A stretch of DNA of 57,392 nt from a virus. Its lineage: Duplodnaviria > Caudoviricetes. The stretch spans positions 1 to 57,392 of the IMG/VR virus record IMGVR_UViG_3300048587_000172. One strand, 5' to 3'. The notes beneath the pieces were generated by a model, which searched no databases, was not told the origin of the DNA, and saw nothing but the letters and a program-made list of their open reading frames with translations. This document shows, one piece after another, positions 36,791 through 45,617 of this stretch; position 1 is the first letter of the stretch, and the number at the start of each line of letters is the position of its first letter. The position numbers and the translations under genes are program-made.

Positions 36791-37151
36791 AAGATTTGAG
36801 ACTTTAGTTGCTGTTCCTAATAAATTACCATCGTTTTATGATAATCAAAAATTTGATAAACCAAACAATACTTATTACGCAAAAATAAGTATTCTAACAG
36901 GTGCATCAGCACAAGTTGAATTAGGAGACGGCAACAAATTTCGCAATCCGGGTGTGATGGTAGTTCAATTATTTGGACCTACCGGAAAAGGTGATGCAAG
37001 ACATTTACAGTTGATAGATAAGATCAAAGAAAATTTTCGTGGTGTGTCGATTGCAAATATAGTTTTTACTTCACCTTCACAATTCCGTGTGGGAACGTTT
37101 GAAGGTGAATATCAAATGAATGTGAATTGCCCGTTTTACTTTGATGAATAA
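36753..37151 (+). CDS. tail terminator-like protein
   Basis: Position before tail tube; G.MVVQLF.P.G.G motif. Confidence 0.7.
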   Translation: MKRMEKECNLIRKRFETLVAVPNKLPSFYDNQKFDKPNNTYYAKISILTGASAQVELGDGNKFRNPGVMVVQLFGPTGKGDARHLQLIDKIKENFRGVSIANIVFTSPSQFRVGTFEGEYQMNVNCPFYFDE

Positions 37152-37162
37152 GGAATAATACT

Positions 37163-38329
37163 ATGTCATGTGGAACAGCAGGATCAGCGGCAAATCGCGT
37201 TCGTTTAGCGTATGCCGAAGAAAGTGTATTTGACGTTTCACCTGCATCGCCGACGATGCAGAATCTTCGCTATACAAGCGAAAGTTTGAAACAGACTACA
37301 CAAACCCAAACTTCAAATGAAATTCGTGATGATAGGCAGATTGCCGGTATCATTCGAAATGGAATTAATACAGACGGTTCAATTAATATTGAAATGTCTT
37401 ATGGTTCGTTTGATGGATTATTAAAGGGTGTAATGTATTCTGCCGGTTGGAGTAGCCCTGTTTCTGTAACCGCTGCTACTACAGTTAGCTTTGTAGCAAG
37501 TGATAATTCTATCAACGATTCGGGTAACGGATTTGGTAGTTTTGTGGCAAATCAATGGGTTCGCGTAACTGGTTCTACAAATAACAATGGATTCTATAAG
37601 ATTCTTACTAAGGCTAATGGTAAACTAACTGTATCAGGTAAGATTATTGTAGATGAAAGCGCTGGCGCTTCTATCTCTGTAATTATGGGTGGTCAATTAG
37701 TAAACGGGTTGAATTGCACTTCATACGTAATTGAAAAGACTTTTCAAGATTTAGTTGATACTTATGCTGTTTATAATGGTCAAATAGCTAATCAACTTAA
37801 TTTAAACGTAGCTGTTAATTCAATTATGACTGGAAGTTTTGGTTTTGTAGGTACAAGGGAATCATCTACAACTGCTGCATTAGGTGGATCATATACATCA
37901 GCTTCTACTACTGATGTAATTAGTTCAACTGATGGTATTGCTGGGTTTATTGAAAACGGCGCTTTGTTTCCAGTAAGGGAATTTTCTTTTAGTGCAAGCA
38001 ATAACGCGCGTCAGCAAATGAATCTAGGAAGTTTACAGGCTATTGGCGTAGGGGATGGTACGATTTCTATCACAGGCAGTTTACGTGCCTTTTTTAGAAC
38101 CGCTGCATTGTATAATAAGTATCTTTCTTTCTCTGATACTTCATTAGCTATTGCAATGTGGGATTCTTCACGTAATGGCTACGTGGTTGAATTTCCATCA
38201 GTAAAACTTACTGATGGAAGTAGGTTAAGTAGTGGTATCAATACAGATATTATTGCAGACTTATCTTTCACTGCAAAACGACACGCAACGGAAGGTGTTA
38301 CCATTCGAATTGCTAGGTTTCCTGCTTAA
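37163..38329 (+). CDS. major tail tube protein
   Basis: LRYTSESL...SNEIRDDRQ, SY.IEK.F.D, ITGSL.AFF. Confidence 0.85.
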   Translation: MSCGTAGSAANRVRLAYAEESVFDVSPASPTMQNLRYTSESLKQTTQTQTSNEIRDDRQIAGIIRNGINTDGSINIEMSYGSFDGLLKGVMYSAGWSSPVSVTAATTVSFVASDNSINDSGNGFGSFVANQWVRVTGSTNNNGFYKILTKANGKLTVSGKIIVDESAGASISVIMGGQLVNGLNCTSYVIEKTFQDLVDTYAVYNGQIANQLNLNVAVNSIMTGSFGFVGTRESSTTAALGGSYTSASTTDVISSTDGIAGFIENGALFPVREFSFSASNNARQQMNLGSLQAIGVGDGTISITGSLRAFFRTAALYNKYLSFSDTSLAIAMWDSSRNGYVVEFPSVKLTDGSRLSSGINTDIIADLSFTAKRHATEGVTIRIARFPA

Positions 38330-38379
38330 TTAATAATTTGTAGTTATTGTTAGTTTCTATTTATTATATTGGAGATAGA

Positions 38380-38784
38380 ATGAAGTTATCTAAGTTCAAA
38401 GAACAAACTTCTGAAATTGAAGGTGTTTGGGTTGATGTTGGCGAAGGTGTACAATTAAAACTTGCACGCGCTGATAACTCTAGTTACCAAAAAGAAGTAT
38501 CTAAAATTCTTTTAGCTTCTTCTAGTGAATTACGTATCCTTCAAGATAGTAATCCTCGAAGGATGGAAATTATTCGTGAAGCAAGAATTAAAGCAATTTC
38601 ACGAACGATTCTTTTAGATTGGCGTAATCTGCAAGATGAAAACGGGAAGGAATTAAAATACTCGCCTGAGTTAGCTGAAAAGATTCTTGTTGAGTATAAA
38701 GAATTACTTGAATTAGTAGATGCTTTTTCTACTAATCGAGAAATGTATAAGGCTAAGCTTGACGAGGATTCCCGAAAAAACTAA
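38380..38784 (+). CDS. tail assembly chaperone (gpG-like)
   Basis: EGVWV, LARA.N, LLDW..L.DENG..L.YS; ends in slippery A-AAA-AAC. Confidence 0.85.
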   Translation: MKLSKFKEQTSEIEGVWVDVGEGVQLKLARADNSSYQKEVSKILLASSSELRILQDSNPRRMEIIREARIKAISRTILLDWRNLQDENGKELKYSPELAEKILVEYKELLELVDAFSTNREMYKAKLDEDSRKN

Positions 38785-39125
38785 GTGAGGTTTTACTTTG
38801 GTCATTAAAGTATGGACCTAATGTAGAATTTCTAAAAAGTGTAGATAGTGTGGACGGTGGTGGCATTCCTGATGTATTGCTAAACCGTCCACTTCTATAT
38901 CTTGATTTAGAAATTTACTGGGATGCTTTTATTGAACTTAGTAGAACCCGATCAATAGGTTTTGTAGCTAATCCAATTAATATAACCGATATCAGTAACT
39001 ACTTAGATTTTTTAGAAATTTATGTAATGTCTGAAAGACGAGAGTATGTTAAGTGGATTTGGTATCTTGATTCTATTTATATGAAATATCTTCAAGATAC
39101 AGAAAACAGTAAAAGGAAAAACTAA
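38781..39125 (+). CDS. tail assembly chaperone extension (gpT-like, -1 frameshift product)
   Basis: -1 frame open from the slippery site through ORF 38850..39125 (W.AF.EL.RTR..G...PI). Confidence 0.8.
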   Translation, partial: LSEVLLWSLKYGPNVEFLKSVDSVDGGGIPDVLLNRPLLYLDLEIYWDAFIELSRTRSIGFVANPINITDISNYLDFLEIYVMSERREYVKWIWYLDSIYMKYLQDTENSKRKN

Positions 39126-39126
39126 A

Positions 39127-41835
39127 ATGGCTGTTCTTTCTGTAGCTATCGACGCAATGAAAGCCAAGATTGGCGCAGCTATTTTTCAACAAGCAACTAC
39201 TACGGTTCAGCAGAGTGCAAATCAAGCTTCAAAAGCTGTAAACAATACTTCTAATGAAATACGTAAATTAGAAACCACTACTAAAAATCTTTCCACAACT
39301 GTAAAAACCTTAATTACTTCTTTAGGACTTTCAATTACTGTTGCAGGTATCCTAAAGATTCTAAGAGATTTTGAAACAGGTGTTGTAAACGTAGATAAAA
39401 TCGCTAAGTTTACATCTACTGATTTAGAGTATTTTGAAAAGAGAATTATTTCTCTTTCTACTGCAATTCCTTCTACTACAAATGAGTTATTAAAAATCTC
39501 ACAGGAAGCTGCGAGATTAGGTATTGAAGGTGTAAATAATATTGAATTATTTACTGAAACAATTGCTAAGCTAGATAAATCCTCTACAAGTCTAAAAGGT
39601 GCTGATGCTGCAACAAGTTTAGCTAGAATTTTGAATGTTACAAATGAGGATATAAGTGGAGTTAGAACGCTTGCCGGTGTTATTTTACGATTAGGTGATA
39701 CTACAACAGTCAATGAAGCAAAAATTGCTTCAATGGCTAAAGAAGTTGCACGCGCTGGTGCAATCTTTAAAGTATCTTCAACGGATATTGCAGGTATTAG
39801 CGCTGCTTTTGCTGATGCTGGTACAGAGGCTTCTGTAGCCGCTACCACTTTCGGTAAAGTGATGCGTACAATTGAATCAGCAGTTATCAAAGGCGGTAAG
39901 GAATTAGACTTACTTGCTAAGGTAGCTGGTATTTCATCTAAAGAATTAAAAGAACTTTGGAATAGTAATACCGCTGATGCTTTCGGACAATTGTTAAAAG
40001 GGTTATCAGATATTAAAAATTCCGGCGGTAGTGTATCTCAAATCTTAGAAGCTATTGGTATTAAAGATGAACGTATTTTAAGAACAATTCAACCACTTAT
40101 TTATAACTACAAATTATATGCAGAAGCTATTAAAACTGCGCGTGATGAACAAGCAAGAGGTACTTATTTAAATGAACTTCACGAAAAACAGTTACAAACC
40201 TTAGATAGTCAAATAACTATCCTGAGAACTTCTCTTGAAGCTGTTGTTCTTAATTTAAGAGATAGTACGGGAGATATAGCTAATTTTGTAAAGTATATTT
40301 CAGAACTTGTTCGATATGCTGGCGGAGTTAGCGAATTTGCAGACAATTCTAAAGAAGCTTCCATAGATGTAAAAATATTAGGTGAAGCGTTAAAATATGC
40401 TTCATTAATGGCAGCTTTATTAATAGCTAGTAAGATTGCTGGTTATATTGCGTCTATTGGAATCAATGCAAAAGGTGCATCACTTGCATTAACTTCTCAT
40501 GCAAAAGCTGTAGGGGTAGTAGCAGCGGCATACGCTGGTTGGGAATTGGGTAAATGGGCGCATGATAATTTCGGTGCTGTTAGAGAGAATGCTTTAGATA
40601 CTATTTTTGCTTTAGATATTGCTAAAGATGGTATATTAGATTTTTTTGATAGTAGTAAAGGTGGTGAATTAACAAAAGGTAGACAAGGTGGAAATAACGC
40701 TTTTGAAAATAGCCGTGAATACGCAATGGGTAGAAAGTGGCAGGAATGGGATAAAGAAAGAAGTAAAATCAACGATGTTGCAGATTCATTAAATAAAGGT
40801 GCGGATGCTGCTACTGAAATGAAAAACAGAATGGATGAATTACGAAATTCTGGTTTCAGTAATAATGAGGCAATGGATATTGCATTAGGTAATACTGATG
40901 CAACTGGTGTATTTTTACAACGTATAAAATCAAAGTTAGAAGACGTTAAGAAAGATACGGCAGCAGCTTATTTAAATCCGTTGCAAAAAGAACAGCTTGA
41001 AATGGCAAAGGAATTAGAAGAGTTATCCGGCGGTGAGTTGTCTAATACGAAAGAATATCTTGAATTACAAAGAGAAATCAATACGGAATTAGCCAAACAA
41101 CAAGCAATAGCTTTAGACGTTCAATTAAGAAATTCAAACGCAAACCTGATTCTTGATAATGATTTAAAACGTAGGTATTTTGGTAATGAATTAGCAATAC
41201 AACAGGAAATTTCTAATCAACGTCGTCAATATGGTGAATTAGGTATTGAACCTGATGCACAATCTATTGCAGCGTATGAAACTTTATTAAGGGAACAGCA
41301 AAAGGTTATTGAACGTTCGAATCAAATTAATAATATAGCGGAAGGGATTGGAGATTCCTTTGCAGACTCTTTTGATGATGCTATATTAGGTGCTAAATCA
41401 TTTGGAGAGGCTGTAGCTTCTTTAGCTTCTGATATTCAACGTTTATTATTACGTCAATTAGTTTCTCAACCTATTGCAAATGTATTAACAAGTGCTGTAG
41501 GTGGAATGTTTGGCGGAATTATTCCCTCTGCAAATGGTAACATCTTTCAAAATGGGGATGTAGTACCTTTTGCAAATGGTGGTATAGTAAACTCGCCATT
41601 TATGTTCAATCTTAACAACGGGAAACGTGGTTTAATGGGTGAAAATGGTCCGGAAGGAATTTTACCCTTAGAGCGCGGTAGTGACGGGAAATTAGGAGTA
41701 CGTTCTAATGGTTCTGGTGGTGGTAATACTATAGTTCATAATCATACTTGGAACATTAACACACCTAATGCCGATTCTTTCCGTAGAAGCAGTGTACAAA
41801 TCAGAAATGAAGCGCAACGCGCAGTGAGTGGTTAA
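39127..41835 (+). CDS. tape measure protein
   Basis: 902 aa, Ala-rich helical; C-terminal FANGGIV...GLMGE.GPE.I.PL. Confidence 0.93.
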   Translation: MAVLSVAIDAMKAKIGAAIFQQATTTVQQSANQASKAVNNTSNEIRKLETTTKNLSTTVKTLITSLGLSITVAGILKILRDFETGVVNVDKIAKFTSTDLEYFEKRIISLSTAIPSTTNELLKISQEAARLGIEGVNNIELFTETIAKLDKSSTSLKGADAATSLARILNVTNEDISGVRTLAGVILRLGDTTTVNEAKIASMAKEVARAGAIFKVSSTDIAGISAAFADAGTEASVAATTFGKVMRTIESAVIKGGKELDLLAKVAGISSKELKELWNSNTADAFGQLLKGLSDIKNSGGSVSQILEAIGIKDERILRTIQPLIYNYKLYAEAIKTARDEQARGTYLNELHEKQLQTLDSQITILRTSLEAVVLNLRDSTGDIANFVKYISELVRYAGGVSEFADNSKEASIDVKILGEALKYASLMAALLIASKIAGYIASIGINAKGASLALTSHAKAVGVVAAAYAGWELGKWAHDNFGAVRENALDTIFALDIAKDGILDFFDSSKGGELTKGRQGGNNAFENSREYAMGRKWQEWDKERSKINDVADSLNKGADAATEMKNRMDELRNSGFSNNEAMDIALGNTDATGVFLQRIKSKLEDVKKDTAAAYLNPLQKEQLEMAKELEELSGGELSNTKEYLELQREINTELAKQQAIALDVQLRNSNANLILDNDLKRRYFGNELAIQQEISNQRRQYGELGIEPDAQSIAAYETLLREQQKVIERSNQINNIAEGIGDSFADSFDDAILGAKSFGEAVASLASDIQRLLLRQLVSQPIANVLTSAVGGMFGGIIPSANGNIFQNGDVVPFANGGIVNSPFMFNLNNGKRGLMGENGPEGILPLERGSDGKLGVRSNGSGGGNTIVHNHTWNINTPNADSFRRSSVQIRNEAQRAVSG

Positions 41836-41836
41836 A

Positions 41837-42541
41837 ATGCCAGCAGAATTTCATGAAGTCAGAATAAAAGATAATTATAGTTTTGGTTCAAAAACTGGAC
41901 CGGGATTTTCTACGCGCGTTTTTCAACGTGATAGTGGATTCAATTCAAGACTTGCACGTTGGGAATATTCTCAACGTAAGTTTTCTATTAGCTATTCAAT
42001 TAGAAGTTTAGATGATATAGCGTATCTTCAACGTTTCTACCTTTGCAGAGGTGGTCCGTTATTTGGTTTTAGATTGAAGCATTTAGATGATTACACAACA
42101 GCACAAAATGGAAGAAATGCTCCTACGGCGTTAGATCAGCAAATCAGACCAATTGGAATGAGCGGTCAATATTATCAAATTGAAAAAGCTTATTTAGACG
42201 ATCAGGGATTTATTCGTTACCGTCCAATTACTAAACCAGTAGGTGGAACAGTATTAGTTGCTTTTGATGGTATTGTTCAAGTAAGTGGTTTTACAGTTGA
42301 TACTACGCAAGGTTTAATTAATTTCTCTTCTCCGGTTGATCCAGAAATAATAGTAACTTGTGGATGTGTATTTGATGTACCGGTTAGATTTGCAGAAAAT
42401 TTTACTATGTCAGCTTCAATTGATTCATTTGAAAGTGGTAGCGTAAATGTAGAGTTAGTTGAATTGATAGCTGAAAATTTGAATAAAAACTATGTTACAC
42501 CATTCCCTAATACCAATGATGAAACAGGTGGTATAGTATAA
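41837..42541 (+). CDS. distal tail protein, DUF2460-like, copy 1
   Basis: FHEVR, GP.FST, G...GFRLK...DY, RPITKPV.GTV, FDVPVRF. Confidence 0.85.
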   Translation: MPAEFHEVRIKDNYSFGSKTGPGFSTRVFQRDSGFNSRLARWEYSQRKFSISYSIRSLDDIAYLQRFYLCRGGPLFGFRLKHLDDYTTAQNGRNAPTALDQQIRPIGMSGQYYQIEKAYLDDQGFIRYRPITKPVGGTVLVAFDGIVQVSGFTVDTTQGLINFSSPVDPEIIVTCGCVFDVPVRFAENFTMSASIDSFESGSVNVELVELIAENLNKNYVTPFPNTNDETGGIV

Positions 42542-43935
42542 TGCAATTTCATGAAGTTTTATTTCCTCAACGATTAAGTTATGGTACTAGAGGCGGTCCG
42601 CGCTTTGATACTAACGTGATTATGACACGTAGAGGGAATGAAATTCGTGAAGCTAGAACTAGAAACCCGATTCGAGAATATGACGTAAGATGTACAACTT
42701 TTAATCGTGATGAATTAATTGAATTGTACAACTTTTTTATGGCTAGGAAAGGTTCTGTTTTTGGATTTAGGTTTCGTGATTACTTAGATTATTCTACAAA
42801 AATTAATGGTAGAGATATTCCCGGTAAAGATCATCCGTTATATATATATCCAGATGGAACTTTACAATTACAGAAATTGTATGAAGATGGTGGGTATTAT
42901 CATCGACGTTTAATATTTAAACCTATTGAAGGGTCTGTAGTAATTTACAGTGGTGATACTGTTTTAGTTGAAGGTGTTGATTACACTGTTAATTATGAAA
43001 ATGGAGTTGTTACACCTATTAATTCTTTATCTGGTGTAATGACTGGATGTTTATTTGATGTACCTGTTAATTTCGCGCCTGATACAGATAAGTTTTTCCA
43101 AATTGTTTTAGAAGATTATGATATCGGAAATGTTCAATCACTAAAATTGATTGAAATTAAACAGTTGATTCAAACATTACCTTCAATTGATGGTCCGGGT
43201 ACTGAAAATTATCCGGGACCGGGACCGGGTATAGCAGGTGGCGGTGGAAGCGATCCAGACCCCCTTCCCGGCTGTGTAACGTGTGGGGGTGGCTCTGACC
43301 CTTCCCCTGACTACGGAAGCACTCCACCGCCACAGGAACCGCCACCAGTGCCTATCCTGCCCGGTTGGTATGGGGTGTTTAACTGTGAGACAGGCGAGCA
43401 GGTGGCCAGCCGGATTTTTTCAAGTGATATTTCTGGATCATTACCGTGGTATTTTCGCGATGGGGAATCTGGCGATTGTTTTTATGTCACTGAAACAAGT
43501 GATGTATCACAAACCGAACCAGATGAAGGTGATAAAATTGTTTATGCAGTAAGTGTTGAAGATTGCGACGATGAAGGTTGTGATTGTTTACGTTGTCAAG
43601 CATGTTCAAATGAATTATGTCGTGAAACAGTCACATTGAAATATACTAATAACGATTCAAATAAAAACTTCGAGATACCTTTAGAATTAACCCCTAGTAA
43701 ATTGCAATGGGTAGGGAGTGATATTTCAGGCGGTCAAACACGAAATGTTACTTTATCGTGTACACATACCGGATTCGGTGTAATTATTGTTGGCTCAATC
43801 GTAGGTGGTGATTATTGGTCAATGGCAACCGGTGCATTTTGTCCAATCGGAACTTTTGATACGCACATTGGTTCACCCGGTTCGGGATCATTAGGAATTG
43901 CATCAAGTAATGGTGGTAATTTGCGTCTCGTTTAA
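42541..43935 (+). CDS. DUF2460-like copy 2 with Pro/Gly linker and Cys-rich C-terminal extension
   Basis: FHEVLFP, GGPRFDT, FF.ARKG...GFRFRD..DY, FDVPVNF, then ~240 extra aa. Confidence 0.85.
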   Translation: MQFHEVLFPQRLSYGTRGGPRFDTNVIMTRRGNEIREARTRNPIREYDVRCTTFNRDELIELYNFFMARKGSVFGFRFRDYLDYSTKINGRDIPGKDHPLYIYPDGTLQLQKLYEDGGYYHRRLIFKPIEGSVVIYSGDTVLVEGVDYTVNYENGVVTPINSLSGVMTGCLFDVPVNFAPDTDKFFQIVLEDYDIGNVQSLKLIEIKQLIQTLPSIDGPGTENYPGPGPGIAGGGGSDPDPLPGCVTCGGGSDPSPDYGSTPPPQEPPPVPILPGWYGVFNCETGEQVASRIFSSDISGSLPWYFRDGESGDCFYVTETSDVSQTEPDEGDKIVYAVSVEDCDDEGCDCLRCQACSNELCRETVTLKYTNNDSNKNFEIPLELTPSKLQWVGSDISGGQTRNVTLSCTHTGFGVIIVGSIVGGDYWSMATGAFCPIGTFDTHIGSPGSGSLGIASSNGGNLRLV

Positions 43936-44285
43936 TGCCATACGTACGTACACAACGTGATGATGAATTAGCCGCATTGCGATTAGCAATTCGTCGCGGT
44001 GAAATTAGTAGACCTAAACCGAAATTATCAAGTTTCGCGAAAGCTGCATTATTCGGAAAATATACTTCTCTTGAAATTGTGAACGAACGTATAGAGATTT
44101 GTAGAGAATGTGATAATTTCAAACCTTTTGACGAAACGAAAATAGAGGGTGCGTGTATTCGATGCGGATGTAAAGTTTCGAAAGAAGAAAAGTCTATTCG
44201 AAACTTAGCAGCATACGAAGAAAATTTGCCTGAATGGGGATGTAAACACAAACAACGTTCTTTAGGTAAAGGATGGAAAAGATAA
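43935..44285 (+). CDS. small Cys-rich protein
   Basis: R..IC..C, C..CGC, C...W. Confidence 0.7.
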   Translation: MPYVRTQRDDELAALRLAIRRGEISRPKPKLSSFAKAALFGKYTSLEIVNERIEICRECDNFKPFDETKIEGACIRCGCKVSKEEKSIRNLAAYEENLPEWGCKHKQRSLGKGWKR

Positions 44286-45160
44286 TGGCAATTCCACTTA
44301 CTACAATTCAACAAGAATATTTAGATGAAAGTAATGCTTTAACTTTCTGTAAGTTAATTAAAATTATCTGTAAAGATGGTACTGTTATTAGAATGACCGA
44401 TCATGATTCTGAATTAACCTTTAATGAAGAATTATATTTACCATTAGGTTCTGCAAATGCTTCCGCTGTACAAAGACCGTTAGGGTTAAGAGAGAGAAAT
44501 ATTGAATTTGTTGGAGTGTTAGAATCAGACGCGATTACACATGAAGATTTAAGAGCGGGTAAATATAGAGACGCAATCGTAAATATTTTCATTGTTAATT
44601 GGAAAACAATGACAATGGGTGCATTCAGAAATGATGTATTCTGGATTAATGATACTACATTTTCTGGTGATGAGTGGCAAGCTAAATTAGGTAGCCTTAG
44701 TTCATTTCTATCAAAACCAGTAGGTAGAATATACACTAGAACATGTAGGCATGTTTTAGGCGATTCAGGATGTAAAGTAGATTTAGAACCTTATACATTT
44801 ACTGGTGAAGTTATTGCTAGTGACCCTAAGCGTTCAACGTTTACCAGTGATTTAGATACTCAAGAGGATCATTATTTTTCACATGGCTATGTAATTTGGT
44901 TGACTGGCAATAATGCAGGCTATAAAACAGAGATATTTTCATATTTACAAGATGATGGCCACTTCATTTTGAAATTAGATACTAATAAAGATATCTTACC
45001 CGGCGACACTTTCAGCGCTATTGCAGGGTGTGATAGAGCAATTTTAACATGTAATGAGAAATTCGGTAATCAAACAAACTATGGTGGTTTTCCTTTTATA
45101 CCGGGAACTGATAAAATGTTAGAATCTCCGACACCCGGCGCACCGGTGATTGAATCATAG
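44285..45160 (+). CDS. DUF2163/BR0599-like tail tip hub protein
   Basis: TDHD..L, DL.AG.Y, C...LGD..C, GCD.....C..KF.N..N.GGFP.IPG.D. Confidence 0.9.
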   Translation: MAIPLTTIQQEYLDESNALTFCKLIKIICKDGTVIRMTDHDSELTFNEELYLPLGSANASAVQRPLGLRERNIEFVGVLESDAITHEDLRAGKYRDAIVNIFIVNWKTMTMGAFRNDVFWINDTTFSGDEWQAKLGSLSSFLSKPVGRIYTRTCRHVLGDSGCKVDLEPYTFTGEVIASDPKRSTFTSDLDTQEDHYFSHGYVIWLTGNNAGYKTEIFSYLQDDGHFILKLDTNKDILPGDTFSAIAGCDRAILTCNEKFGNQTNYGGFPFIPGTDKMLESPTPGAPVIES

Positions 45161-45167
45161 GTGAAAT

Positions 45168-45617
45168 ATGACAAAATCTGAAATTGTAGAAGAAGCGAAA
45201 ACTTGGATAGACACACCTTTTCATCATCAAGGTAGGCTTAAAAATTACATCAACGAGAAAGGTGAATTAAAAAAAGGTGGAGTAGACTGCGCAGGTATTA
45301 TTGTTGGAGTCTTAAACCACTTCAACATTAAACATAAAGACTATACAGGTTATACACGTGAAGAATCTTCACATATGATGTTGGACTCTTTGCAGTCGTC
45401 ATGTGAGAAAATAGAAGAATTAGAACCCGGTGCAATCGTTTTATTCTGGCAACGTAGATTTGAAAATACTAATCATATCGGCATTATGAGTGGATTTAAC
45501 ACTCTTATTCATGCCGATCAAAGACCGGGAATTAATAGAGTAACACTAATTCGAATCAACAATAAAATTCGTTCACAAATTCATTCAATTTACAGACTAC
45601 CGGGAGCGGTGGATTAA
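45168..45617 (+). CDS. NlpC/P60 tail-associated peptidase
   Basis: A..W..TPFHHQGR, GVDCAG, HIGI, IHA. Confidence 0.9.
   Translation: MTKSEIVEEAKTWIDTPFHHQGRLKNYINEKGELKKGGVDCAGIIVGVLNHFNIKHKDYTGYTREESSHMMLDSLQSSCEKIEELEPGAIVLFWQRRFENTNHIGIMSGFNTLIHADQRPGINRVTLIRINNKIRSQIHSIYRLPGAVD

Noticed and set aside
39222-39890. Minus-strand ORFs (this 222-aa one and others such as 13737-14210, 32594-33034, 43784-44314)
   Set aside because: They are antisense shadows of strong + strand genes, with no RBS or recognisable motifs
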